A DNA stretch of 64,000 nt, from sequence record SRR20825006_1933; one strand, given 5' to 3'. The position numbers and the translations under genes were made by a program. The notes beneath the pieces are model-generated. The model was not told where the DNA came from. It ran no database searches and worked only from the letters and a program-made list of their open reading frames with translations. Shown in pieces: positions 48,382 to 57,880 of this stretch; position 1 is the first letter of the stretch; every line of letters begins with the position of its first letter.

Positions 48382-48694
48382 CGGTAACAATTCCCATCTG
48401 TTCAGCGCCATCGCTTGAGGCTGGTGTGCCAGTTGCGTTCAGCCCCAGAGGGTGCTTTTCGGCGAGGTCTTCGGCAATTGCCTCAATGATCATTCGCGAG
48501 AAGGCAGAGGCCGCCTCCCCTCCTGACTGGGTGAAGGCTTCTTCGAGCCCAGTATGGCTCAGCATTTCGGACCAGAGCAACTGTTCGAACCTTATACCTA
48601 TTTCTTCGACGGCAGACTTGCCTGGGCCGTTTCCGGTGAGCGAATTGCCAGACAGGGCCGGTGCTTGCATGCCCGCAACTGGAATATTCGTCAT
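48374..48694 (-). CDS. flgJ: Short rod-binding FlgJ (no muramidase domain)
   Basis: FEQLLWSEML..GL and GGE...FS.M...IAE.LA...LGL motifs. Confidence 0.75.
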   Translation of the reverse strand: MTNIPVAGMQAPALSGNSLTGNGPGKSAVEEIGIRFEQLLWSEMLSHTGLEEAFTQSGGEAASAFSRMIIEAIAEDLAEKHPLGLNATGTPASSDGAEQMGIVTDD

Positions 48695-48741
48695 GGCTCT
48701 CACTCCTCAAGTCCGGTGACTACGAAACGAACCGCGTTTGC

Positions 48742-48792
48742 TTAAAACTTATTTTACCAGTGTTGGGCCAAACAGGGTTAAGAGAAACCTAA
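48742..48792. promoter_or_regulatory. Two CtrA-like boxes in the flgJ/fliK divergent region
   Basis: TTAA-aacttat-TTTAC (48742-48757) and TTAA-gagaaac-CTAA (48778-48792). Confidence 0.6.
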
Positions 48793-48805
48793 TCTGGATT
48801 AACCT

Positions 48806-50209
48806 ATGACGCCTTTTCTGAGCTTCGATGGAATGTCCGCAGTCGATGCGTCCGCCAGTGCGCCGCACGCATCTCCGTTAGCGGACGGTGAATTAGGTAA
48901 GGCTTTTCAGAAGCAGTTGGCAAAACAAGATATACCTGAAGGTGAAACGCCAGATCAGATCATGATGGCAAGCGTGAACACTGACACCGCAAATGCGTCG
49001 CCGATCACCTTTCTGAATCTGGAATCTGAAAACGTCATAGATGTAGAGTTAGACCCAGCCGCCCCTGACGCGACCGAATTCGCAAGCCTCCAGGAAACCC
49101 CGGAAGTTTCAGCGTTACCGGTCGCCTCGAGTGTCGATCCGGATACTGTCGAAGATACGGACCCAGTTATAATGGTTCCCGTTGCTACCACCCACGACAT
49201 GACGGTGTCGGCGGCCTCGCCCGACCTAGCTACACCAGCAGCCAGAAGCGATATGGAGGTCGAGGTTGCAGAGGCCGAACCTCAGCCCGCCGACGCGCCC
49301 ATGGAGGGTTTTTCGGAAATGGCTGCCACTGATGACGCGCTCCCGGTTCAAGCAACCACAGCTGAGCCCCGCGAGGCCACTGACGCCGAACCTGTTGCGC
49401 TGATGGAATCGGCTATTGCGCACGACGCCGCTGAGATGGGTGTACCAGCCGACCCGGCTCGCGAATCCGATATGGAGGGCCCCCACCCTCAGCAGACCGC
49501 CTTCACTACCGCCGCAACTTCACAGTCCACTCCATCTGGCGACACAGCTCAGGATCGAACGCCGCAAGACCGGAAATCACCTGCCCCCATTCCAGTATCG
49601 TCCAATTCCTCAGCGTCTACGGAGTCAGCTCAAGGGTTTGCGCCCGGAACGGCAACAGAGGTTGCCGGCCCGACATCTGATGCGGGGCGAGCATCACCAT
49701 TGGGCTTGTCAGCCGTAACAGGTACTACGCCGACAATCTTCGCCCCATCGATGCAAGCCGTAATCGCCCCCGCGCAACCTCAAGCCAATTATGTTGCCGT
49801 ACCCGCCGATATTCCGAGCATCATTTCCCAGGAATTGTCATCAGACACGCAGTCGAACCGCGTGAGAATTCAGCTCGACCCACCAGAACTTGGGCGGGTC
49901 TCTCTTGAATTCAAGTTTGACTCGCAAGGCCTACAGCATGTGCTCGTCACAGCAGACTCGGCCGAAGCGATTCGCCGAATACGGGCTTTCCACCCAGACC
50001 TGGTTTCGGTACTCGACGAGCACGGCTTGTCTAGCCAGGATATGACCTTTCGCGAGCAGGCCTCTGATCAAAACCCGGCTCAAAGCTGGTTGAACACTGA
50101 CGCCGACGCTCTGGACAACGACTCAGATAATTTGGCCGTCGCTGCTTCCCCCCTTCAACAAGCCACTCCCTCCAGAACCGTCACCAACGGTCTGGATATA
50201 CGGGTATAG
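48806..50209 (+). CDS. fliK: Hook-length control protein FliK
   Basis: Long A/P/T/D-rich disordered region plus IQLDPPELGRV; ends GLDIRV. Confidence 0.9.
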   Translation: MTPFLSFDGMSAVDASASAPHASPLADGELGKAFQKQLAKQDIPEGETPDQIMMASVNTDTANASPITFLNLESENVIDVELDPAAPDATEFASLQETPEVSALPVASSVDPDTVEDTDPVIMVPVATTHDMTVSAASPDLATPAARSDMEVEVAEAEPQPADAPMEGFSEMAATDDALPVQATTAEPREATDAEPVALMESAIAHDAAEMGVPADPARESDMEGPHPQQTAFTTAATSQSTPSGDTAQDRTPQDRKSPAPIPVSSNSSASTESAQGFAPGTATEVAGPTSDAGRASPLGLSAVTGTTPTIFAPSMQAVIAPAQPQANYVAVPADIPSIISQELSSDTQSNRVRIQLDPPELGRVSLEFKFDSQGLQHVLVTADSAEAIRRIRAFHPDLVSVLDEHGLSSQDMTFREQASDQNPAQSWLNTDADALDNDSDNLAVAASPLQQATPSRTVTNGLDIRV

Positions 50210-50221
50210 GAGTTCGACTTC

Positions 50222-50890
50222 ATGAGCACGATCGAATCGACCACCGCCGCACAAACGCAGACGACTGCCTCGTCAGCAGCCACCCAACAGTTTGGTGAGG
50301 AATTCAACAACTTCATCAAATTGCTCACTGCGCAGGTTCAGAACCAGGACCCGCTCTCCCCTATGGATTCGACACAGTTTGTTGACCAGCTCGCGACGTT
50401 TTCCTCGCTTGAACAGCAGGTTCAGACAAACTCTGCACTGGGTGGAATTTCGTCATTGATCGGAGAACTTCACACGATGTTCGCCAGTGAATGGCTGGGC
50501 GAGACAGTAACGGTTGAGTCGTCATGGGTGCCATACACAGGCTCCGAAATCCGCTATCTGGCCAACACGCCTACCGAGGCTGACGACGCATACCTGACCG
50601 TGCGGGACTCCGAGGGAGAGCTTGTCTGGTCTGAAAAGCTGGACATGGAACACGGCGTCCACACATGGAATGGTCAGACCAATTCCGGCAACACCATTAC
50701 GACAGACGAGATTTTCGAGTTCAGCATCGACTACTACCGAGGTGAAGAATACATCGGATTGGGAGCGCCTCAGATCATTACCACCATCACCGATGTCTCA
50801 ACCGAGAATGGCGGGCTCCGCTTCGGCACCTCATCTCACCTATCGGCCGACCTTACGAGCGTGAACAAATATTCCGAGGCTGTGAGCTAG
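50222..50890 (+). CDS. flgD: Hook capping protein FlgD
   Basis: FIKLLTAQVQNQDPLSPMDSTQFVDQLATFSSLEQ motif. Confidence 0.95.
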   Translation: MSTIESTTAAQTQTTASSAATQQFGEEFNNFIKLLTAQVQNQDPLSPMDSTQFVDQLATFSSLEQQVQTNSALGGISSLIGELHTMFASEWLGETVTVESSWVPYTGSEIRYLANTPTEADDAYLTVRDSEGELVWSEKLDMEHGVHTWNGQTNSGNTITTDEIFEFSIDYYRGEEYIGLGAPQIITTITDVSTENGGLRFGTSSHLSADLTSVNKYSEAVS

Positions 50891-50934
50891 CCAAGAAAGC
50901 CGCCAGGTCCTCGCGATGTCAGGCAAATGGCAGA

Positions 50935-51486
50935 TCACAGATCCTGACGGGCCATGTCCAGTATCAGTACGTTATGAATGCCATTCGGAATCTCGTTCTG
51001 GAGGTTCGTAAGGATCATGGCACGCAGCGTCTCATAATTATCGACATCGGTGATAGAGTTCAGCGTCCGCCCGCCACTACTCAGTTTCACTAGGGTCGTC
51101 ATGATGTTGTCGCGCAGGACAGGTTCCTTAGAAAACAACTCTTGCGAAATACTTGTGTCGACTTCGAGGTTGAGGTTCAGGATCACCAAGCTTTGTACCC
51201 GATCATCCTCAATCATGGGGACGACAAACTCCCGCGTGAACTTGTAATAAGTCACTTCGCCACTATCAGCAGCGCCATGCTTGTCACTTTTGCCGTGGGA
51301 GTCTTTTTCCTTCTTGGCCTTTTTTTCCTTCTTGGGTTCCGCGGCCTCATCACTCTCATGGCCATCACTCTCGTGCTCAGCCGCAGGCGCCGGCGAAGAC
51401 GAGGAACCGGACTTCAGGAAATAGGCACCGCCACCGCCAGCAGAAATTGCGAGCAAAGCTACAATAGAAGGAACGATTTGCTTCAT
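50935..51486 (-). CDS. fliL: FliL-like basal-body protein
   Basis: N-terminal TM with GGGGAYFL, FVVP and KEPVLRD motifs. Confidence 0.7.
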   Translation of the reverse strand: MKQIVPSIVALLAISAGGGGAYFLKSGSSSSPAPAAEHESDGHESDEAAEPKKEKKAKKEKDSHGKSDKHGAADSGEVTYYKFTREFVVPMIEDDRVQSLVILNLNLEVDTSISQELFSKEPVLRDNIMTTLVKLSSGGRTLNSITDVDNYETLRAMILTNLQNEIPNGIHNVLILDMARQDL

Positions 51487-51495
51487 TTCAGGATC

Positions 51496-52206
51496 CTAGA
51501 ACGGCACGACCTTGTCGATAATTTTCTGGCCAATCCGCTGTTGCGGAACCGACGTCGCATCACCGCTGTTGAGGTATGAAATCTGCGCATCTGCGATCTT
51601 CTCATAGGTTACTGTATTGGTTCGGGTGATATCTTGTGATCGGATCACGCCGCTGACCGTCAGCATGCGAACCTCGTTGCTTACGCGCGTTTGCTGGTAA
51701 CCCTGAATGACCAGGTTTCCATTCGGCTCCATTGCGACTACGCGTGCGGCAAGCGTAAAGGCGATCTTCTCGGCCCGGTTCATCGCACCGCTTCCGTCCA
51801 TTGACGAGCCACGATTATAGTCGACGCCAGGTGATAATGACGCCCCGCCAGGCAGCACACCGTTCGCCCACTCCGGCAAACCGAACAGCGCATCGACATT
51901 CACGTCAGCGCTGCTATTGCGATTCCGAGACAGAGAGCTTTGCAGGCTTGCCTGATCGTCCATCTCAACAACGACAGTCAGCAGGTCGCCGATAGCCTTA
52001 GCCCGGCGCATGCTAAGCAGAGCATTTGGAGCGGTAGTCCAAAGCGACGCATCACTTGTACCTTCGGGCTCGACATAGGCCTGCTGCATCACGGCAGGCA
52101 TGGTGGTTGCAGGTGCAGTCATATCGAATGTTGCATCTGCCGACGGCACAGAACCGCACGCGGTGATGCCAAGGAATGCTGCGGTGAATGTAAGATAGTG
52201 TTTCAT
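51496..52206 (-). CDS. flgH: L-ring protein FlgH
   Basis: Lipobox ITAC, RA..IGDLLTV, PNGNLVIQG and C-terminal PF. Confidence 0.93.
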   Translation of the reverse strand: MKHYLTFTAAFLGITACGSVPSADATFDMTAPATTMPAVMQQAYVEPEGTSDASLWTTAPNALLSMRRAKAIGDLLTVVVEMDDQASLQSSLSRNRNSSADVNVDALFGLPEWANGVLPGGASLSPGVDYNRGSSMDGSGAMNRAEKIAFTLAARVVAMEPNGNLVIQGYQQTRVSNEVRMLTVSGVIRSQDITRTNTVTYEKIADAQISYLNSGDATSVPQQRIGQKIIDKVVPF

Positions 52207-52610
52207 TGCACAAGCACCCACCCGTCTTTCTGAACAATACCGTTTACGATCTTCTTCGAATTCAAATTCAGGATCGCAACCGCTTCATCTTCAGTTGCCT
52301 CCCCCATTGCCCGACCAGTTGTCGTGATTTCCAATGCTCCGCTGACGAATTTTACCGTCACGAGTTGGTTGCGGCGCACAAGGCGCGCAGGGCGCGTATC
52401 ATCCATCGACAGTTCTTGTCCAACATACACCGTACGGCGAACTTCTCGGCCAAGCAGAGGATTATCGGTGTCGACCAAAGCACCCGTCTCCGTCGATATG
52501 TTGGCAGCCGTGACCGTGTCGCCAGCGCGAATAACTTCCTTGACCACGAGAGACGAGCCGCCAAGCATTTGCGCCGCCAGTCCTAATCCCAAAGCAATAG
52601 CTGGTATCAT
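52203..52610 (-). CDS. flgA: P-ring chaperone FlgA (short form)
   Basis: SAF-like LVRRNQLV, LEITTTGRAM and NLNSKKIV motifs. Confidence 0.88.
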   Translation of the reverse strand: MIPAIALGLGLAAQMLGGSSLVVKEVIRAGDTVTAANISTETGALVDTDNPLLGREVRRTVYVGQELSMDDTRPARLVRRNQLVTVKFVSGALEITTTGRAMGEATEDEAVAILNLNSKKIVNGIVQKDGWVLVQ

Positions 52611-52614
52611 TCTG

Positions 52615-53400
52615 TTACCTCACTCGTGTTGTGGCAGCCAACATCTCGTCAGCTGCGGTAATAACCTTTGAGTTTAGCTCATAACCCCGCTGAGCTTCGA
52701 TCAATTCCGAAATTTCTTGAACTACGTCGACGCTAGATTCCTCAAGGAAGCCTTGGCGAAGAAGCCCCATCCCCTCGGTCCCCGGCACGAGCTGGTTAGC
52801 CGGACCGGAGGCTTCGGTTTCCCGGAACATGTTGTCGCCCATGGCTTCAAGGCCCTTTTCGTTGATGAATCGGACAAGCGATATGTTCCCAATGGCCTGA
52901 CCGTCAGACCCATCATCGAAATAGGCCACCACCTCGCCATCTCGGCTGATGGCAACGCTTCGAGCATTCTCGGGAATGACCAAACCATCTGCCAACGGAA
53001 ATCCATCCATTGTGACGATCTCACCTTCGGCGCTTCGGTTCAGCTTGCCGTCTCGCGTATACGCTGACTCTCCGGACGGAAGCGTGATCTCAAGAAAGCC
53101 CGTTCCGTCAATCGCAAGATCAAGCTCCGCGCCTGTTTGGCGAAGGCTTCCCTGAGTGATTTCCATGGAGACCGATGAAGGCTTTACGCCGGTACCCAAC
53201 TGGATACCCGCCGGAACGACGGTACCAACCTGCGACGTGATCGTGCCGGGCGTCAGGTGTTGCTGATACATAAGGTCCGAGAACTCGGCGGTGCGCGGGC
53301 GATAGGCCGCGGTACTCATGTTGGCGATATTGTTCGAAATGACCTCGACGCGCATCTGTTGGGCGGCCATTCCTGTCGCGGCGATCTGCAATGACTTCAT
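52615..53400 (-). CDS. flgG: Distal rod protein FlgG
   Basis: AATGMAAQQ..V.SNNIANM, YTRDG and AQRGYELNSKVI motifs. Confidence 0.96.
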   Translation of the reverse strand: MKSLQIAATGMAAQQMRVEVISNNIANMSTAAYRPRTAEFSDLMYQQHLTPGTITSQVGTVVPAGIQLGTGVKPSSVSMEITQGSLRQTGAELDLAIDGTGFLEITLPSGESAYTRDGKLNRSAEGEIVTMDGFPLADGLVIPENARSVAISRDGEVVAYFDDGSDGQAIGNISLVRFINEKGLEAMGDNMFRETEASGPANQLVPGTEGMGLLRQGFLEESSVDVVQEISELIEAQRGYELNSKVITAADEMLAATTRVR

Positions 53401-53428
53401 TTCATTCCCCTACGGTTCTTGGCCAGCT

Positions 53429-54142
53429 TCACAACTGGCGTATCGTCTTGATCAATTGATTGATCCGATCGTCTTCTTTCTCGATCAGTGTCTGACCAGC
53501 CTCATAGGCGCGTTGCACCTCAATCAAGCGAGATACTTCGAGAATTGAGGATACATTGGATTGTTCCAGTGTGCCCTGGATCACTGAGGGCTCCTCGATC
53601 GGCTGGTGACCATTCGGAGCTGCGAACATCGTGCCGCCCTCTTGATTGAGTTCACCATCGGGCATGACGACCGCGACCTGACCCAATATTTCTTCGCCCG
53701 ACGAAATGGTTCCATCGGGAGCAATCGAAATGTTGGTAACCTCCTGCGGGATGGCGATAGCTCCGCCGCCGGCCCCTTGAACCTGGTGGCCAAAGGCGTC
53801 AACGAGGTTGCCCTCTGCAGAAAGTTGGAAAGCCCCCGAGCGGGTGAGACGCTCGCCAGCAGGCGTATCTAGAACAAAGAAGCCGTCTCCATGAATGGCG
53901 AGATCAAACTGACCGCCCGTATGCTTCATTCCACCTTGGGACAGGTCGAAATTATGCCCGGCAAGGCTGCCCATGGACAGGCTGTCAGATTGGTCGCCAA
54001 CGGCAGCGATGTGCTCCGCAAAGATGGCGTGGTTGGACTTGAATCCCGTTGTGCTCGAGTTCGCCATGTTATTGGCGATTACCTGCATTTCTCGAAGCAG
54101 ACCATCTTGTCTGGTGAGAGCAGCATAGATCGCATTAGACAT
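53429..54142 (-). CDS. flgF: Proximal rod protein FlgF
   Basis: IANNMANSSTTGFK, DLAIHGDGFF and LEQSNV..IEVQRAYE motifs. Confidence 0.93.
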   Translation of the reverse strand: MSNAIYAALTRQDGLLREMQVIANNMANSSTTGFKSNHAIFAEHIAAVGDQSDSLSMGSLAGHNFDLSQGGMKHTGGQFDLAIHGDGFFVLDTPAGERLTRSGAFQLSAEGNLVDAFGHQVQGAGGGAIAIPQEVTNISIAPDGTISSGEEILGQVAVVMPDGELNQEGGTMFAAPNGHQPIEEPSVIQGTLEQSNVSSILEVSRLIEVQRAYEAGQTLIEKEDDRINQLIKTIRQL

Positions 54143-55890
54143 CAGGGCATCTCCTGAAAGTTCGAGTTTAGAGCCGCACTGACCTGACCGAGATGTTCCG
54201 GAATTTCACTCAACTTGATACGCTGGAGTCTCGGTTCGACCTTACCGAACTTCAAGGCAAGGACAGCATCAACACGCGGCCGATAGTCTTCCTGAGTAAT
54301 CCGCTCTGCGGCTGTATAGACTGCCGCAGGTAGGATCCAATTGCCGGAAACGGCATCTGTTTCTATGAGGTCGACCACGGTTGGCGTGTCCAATACGACT
54401 CTCGAGGCAACTTTGGCGAGCCAGGTCCGGTCGTTGGTCAACACAGCAGCCATGGCAGAGAGACGCATAACATCGGGATTGTCAGACCGGGTTTGTGTGA
54501 GATCCCGCAAACTCGCGAAGTCCTGCATCCGAAAGGCCAACGCTGCTCGCTCTGACGTAAGGCCTTCGCTGTCCGGCACGTCTTCCGCCAAGGCCGTCAT
54601 CACACTCAAGAGGCCGATGTTGCCTGCAAAGCGGGCGGCCGACTCGACGATCCGGTCGTGATCAGAATTGTCAGAAAGCAAGTCTTTATTCTCACCCACG
54701 GCGCTCATCGCCGCGAGGCCGGCGAGACGATCTTCGCCTTCAAAATCCTTCTGGAGACGGGCGGCCAGCTGATCCCCCAACAGTTTCCTCGTTTTGGGGT
54801 CCTGCATGGCAGGAAGCTCAGCGAGTTCTGAGATCATTTCGTAGTCGGAAATTTCCCCAGGACCTTTCAGCATTGTCTCCAAACTTGCACGAACGTCTGA
54901 TCCACGCGGCAATTGCTGGACATTCTTCAGTAGGTCACCAACAAGCTCATCCTGCAAACTAGCCTCAACCTGCAAACCATGCCGCATGAGGACGGCTGCT
55001 GTCTCGGAGCGCAACTCTGGAACGTTGAGGAATTCCCGAAGCTGGCGCTCACGCTCTACCCCTCCCCGGTTCATGTCAATCATCGCGCGGGTAAACGCCA
55101 GGCGCTGTGACCGTCTGATTTCTTCTGCCGAAAAATCCGCCATCAGTTTCTCTGAAAGGAGCGTCTTTCCCATGCGGTCAAGAGAAGGGATTGCCAATGA
55201 GGCCGCGCGCACCTTGAGCCGATACGGCAATCGTCGATAGCTCATCAGGTTGCGATCCAGAAGATCCACACCTTTCTCGTCGAGCAGCGACAAGCGCGCA
55301 AGCGACAACCAGATGTCACCATACATATTGCAGACTGCGACCTGCTCGAACAGCTCGATGTCAGGCACCGAGCCGTCTTCAAGCAGCCGAGAGAGATTGC
55401 GAATATACCGGCTATCAGCGTCTTCCATGCCAGACACCTGAAGGCGTCCCTCAGCATAGAGACCTATCGATATGTACGCCATGGCCACGTCTGCGGGTGT
55501 CAGGCCAATGCCCGTGGCAACCTGCTGAGCACGCCAATTCAGGAAATGTTCGTAGGTCGAGAACTCCTCAAAAGCCTGAAGGTCTAGGACGGCGTCGCTG
55601 ATGCAGGCTGAGTCGACTTCTACGGGCGCCGTAGCGTCGGTCGGCGACAACCGACCGCGAAACAATTGCGTAGGTTTTGAGGGTGCGGACTCGGGGACTG
55701 GTGCCTGATCTGCCGGCGTCAGCAACCCCTCCCCTATCGCCTCATCAACGAACTCTCGAAAATGTACGGAAAGCTCATCTGCTTCGGTCATGCGCCCAGC
55801 GTCTTCCGCGTTAGCTGGCGCTTCTGCGAACGCCGAAAGGCCCGCCATGAAGGCGAGCCCGGCAAGCACGGGGAGGCGACTCGTCATCAC
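54142..55890 (-). CDS. Hypothetical exported helical protein in the motA operon
   Basis: 582 aa with signal peptide LPVLAGLAFMAGLSAFA; overlaps both the motA stop and the flgF start. Confidence 0.75.
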   Translation of the reverse strand: MMTSRLPVLAGLAFMAGLSAFAEAPANAEDAGRMTEADELSVHFREFVDEAIGEGLLTPADQAPVPESAPSKPTQLFRGRLSPTDATAPVEVDSACISDAVLDLQAFEEFSTYEHFLNWRAQQVATGIGLTPADVAMAYISIGLYAEGRLQVSGMEDADSRYIRNLSRLLEDGSVPDIELFEQVAVCNMYGDIWLSLARLSLLDEKGVDLLDRNLMSYRRLPYRLKVRAASLAIPSLDRMGKTLLSEKLMADFSAEEIRRSQRLAFTRAMIDMNRGGVERERQLREFLNVPELRSETAAVLMRHGLQVEASLQDELVGDLLKNVQQLPRGSDVRASLETMLKGPGEISDYEMISELAELPAMQDPKTRKLLGDQLAARLQKDFEGEDRLAGLAAMSAVGENKDLLSDNSDHDRIVESAARFAGNIGLLSVMTALAEDVPDSEGLTSERAALAFRMQDFASLRDLTQTRSDNPDVMRLSAMAAVLTNDRTWLAKVASRVVLDTPTVVDLIETDAVSGNWILPAAVYTAAERITQEDYRPRVDAVLALKFGKVEPRLQRIKLSEIPEHLGQVSAALNSNFQEMP

Positions 55891-56753
55891 GCGGCCTGTT
55901 TCAACCCCCGAATCGCTTCTTCCACTTCATTGAAAGATGGGCGTACCCGCGTTGGTGCGTGGCGGCGGGCCACTTCGACACAGATATTGACCGGGTTCTT
56001 GTGAAGGTTCGACACAAGAACCTCGCCAATCATCGAATAGAAATTATGCTCTTCCAACCGAATATGTTTCACACGTGTCGCGAACGGTCCGACGATGCCA
56101 TAGGCGAGAAACACGCCCAAAAAGGTCCCGACAAGCGCGCCGCCAATCATGCCGCCCAGAACTTCTGGTGGCTTGTCGATGGATGCCATCGTTTTGATGA
56201 CGCCGAGAACTGCCGCGACAATCCCAAGAGCAGGCAAGGCATCAGCCATGTTCTGCAGCGCGTGCGATCCATGCAATTTCTCTTCGATCAGGCTATCCAG
56301 CTGCTTCTCCAGAAGCTCTTCGACCTGATGCACATTGTCGAAGTTCATAATCATGGAGCGGATCGTGTCGCAGATCATTTCGATCGCGCGCTTGTCCTTC
56401 AGGATCTTGGGATATTTGGCAAAAATATCGGAGTCCTGAGGAGCTTCGATATGGGTCTCGATATCCACGGGATTCTTCTTCAAGACATTCAGAAGTTCGT
56501 GCATCAGGCAAAGTAAGTCCTGATAGTCCGCCTTCTTCCATTTGGGGCCCGCAAATGCGGCGACCATGTCCCCACCGGCATGCTTGATCGTGGTCATGTC
56601 ATTGCCGGCGAGAAAGGCACCTGTGGCCGCTCCGCCGATCATCATCATCTCGAACGGAAGCGAATGCATGATGATATCCAGATGTCCACCAGCAAGCATA
56701 TACCCGCCGAAGACCATCACTACCGTGACAACCAGACCTGCTATTGCGTTCAC
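55887..56753 (-). CDS. motA: Stator protein MotA
   Basis: PALGIVAAVLGVI and ALVGTFLGVFLAYG motifs. Confidence 0.96.
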   Translation of the reverse strand: MNAIAGLVVTVVMVFGGYMLAGGHLDIIMHSLPFEMMMIGGAATGAFLAGNDMTTIKHAGGDMVAAFAGPKWKKADYQDLLCLMHELLNVLKKNPVDIETHIEAPQDSDIFAKYPKILKDKRAIEMICDTIRSMIMNFDNVHQVEELLEKQLDSLIEEKLHGSHALQNMADALPALGIVAAVLGVIKTMASIDKPPEVLGGMIGGALVGTFLGVFLAYGIVGPFATRVKHIRLEEHNFYSMIGEVLVSNLHKNPVNICVEVARRHAPTRVRPSFNEVEEAIRGLKQAA

Positions 56754-56794
56754 CTACATACTCCTTCGATTCCTCCGCTGACACGGGGACTAAT

Positions 56795-57721
56795 TCAAAT
56801 TTCCGCAATTTCTCTGATGACATCTTCCGGAACCGGCGAACGCAACTTCAGCGCCCTGAAACCTTTCCAAGCACCTAATTCGCCCTGACTGATCGGCAAA
56901 GAGCCGCTGACCGTATCCGCGCTCAGAACCAGTTTGTCCATTTTGGCATTTGGTAGCGTGATCACCTGCCCCACTTCCAATTGTGAGCATTCGCCAATCG
57001 TCATCGACATGGATTCCAGCACCGCGTCGAGCACAACCGTCGTGCTTCGCACCCGCTCCCGCAGGACATCCCGACCACTCTCATCAGGAGCGGCTTTTGG
57101 CTCAACGCGCTCCTGGAGTGTGCGGACAAGCTTTTTTACGTCGTCCATCTTCAAGACCAGTTGAATCTCTGGCGCATCGTCACCGCCTTCCATCAACCAG
57201 CTGTCTTCACCACCATCACCGCCCAGCGTATAGACGACGCTCAAGTAGGTGGTATCTTGGTTGAATGTGTCACCAGAGGCGGAAAAATCGGCGAGATGGG
57301 GTGAACCAACATTCGTTTGCTTCGTCGCTGAAGCAACGACTTGCGACCACAATCCGCGCGCAGCATGTTCGGACATAAGCCGCAGAAACAGGTCCGGCGC
57401 GCTTTTCAGAGTACTTGCATCCTGTCGCAACCGCCTTGCCGCATATTTGCGGGCACCCATGGAATTAATTGCGACAGCCACGACCGGGCCAACAGTCTCT
57501 GAAACAGAGACAAACGCATACGAACCCTCAAATGATCTGGCAGGTTCGCTCCCCGTTAGGACTTTCTGACTAGAAATGGCCGGGATGATGGTTAACCCAT
57601 AAACGTCCTGAGCCCAGTGACCGATAGCAGAAGATAGCGTCGCCCAGAGCGCGTCGCACAGCCGGACGGCCGGAGGTAAGCCTCCCGCAGCCTCTATCTT
57701 TTTCTGCAGCACAGAAGACAC
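56795..57721 (-). CDS. fliM: FliM-like C-ring protein (C-terminal FliMN/SpoA domain)
   Basis: C-terminal V.LDAVL..MTIGE..QLEVGQVI.L..GELG pattern; divergent N-terminus. Confidence 0.65.
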   Translation of the reverse strand: MSSVLQKKIEAAGGLPPAVRLCDALWATLSSAIGHWAQDVYGLTIIPAISSQKVLTGSEPARSFEGSYAFVSVSETVGPVVAVAINSMGARKYAARRLRQDASTLKSAPDLFLRLMSEHAARGLWSQVVASATKQTNVGSPHLADFSASGDTFNQDTTYLSVVYTLGGDGGEDSWLMEGGDDAPEIQLVLKMDDVKKLVRTLQERVEPKAAPDESGRDVLRERVRSTTVVLDAVLESMSMTIGECSQLEVGQVITLPNAKMDKLVLSADTVSGSLPISQGELGAWKGFRALKLRSPVPEDVIREIAEI

Positions 57722-57880
57722 AAGACACCCGCAAATGTGAATACCAGTTCCTCTGGTAGGAATTCAGTAATTTGGTTGCTGAATAGTTACCAAGACCGCA
57801 TCAAACGACCGTCCGAGATTATCCGTAATTTGATTTCGCCCTGTTATTACGGACATTCTTGAACACAGGGCGGACACCAA

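Noticed and set aside
48374-48694. Short flgJ (and short flgA) as pseudogenes
   Set aside because: The ORFs are intact, and single-domain forms are usual in alphaproteobacteria.
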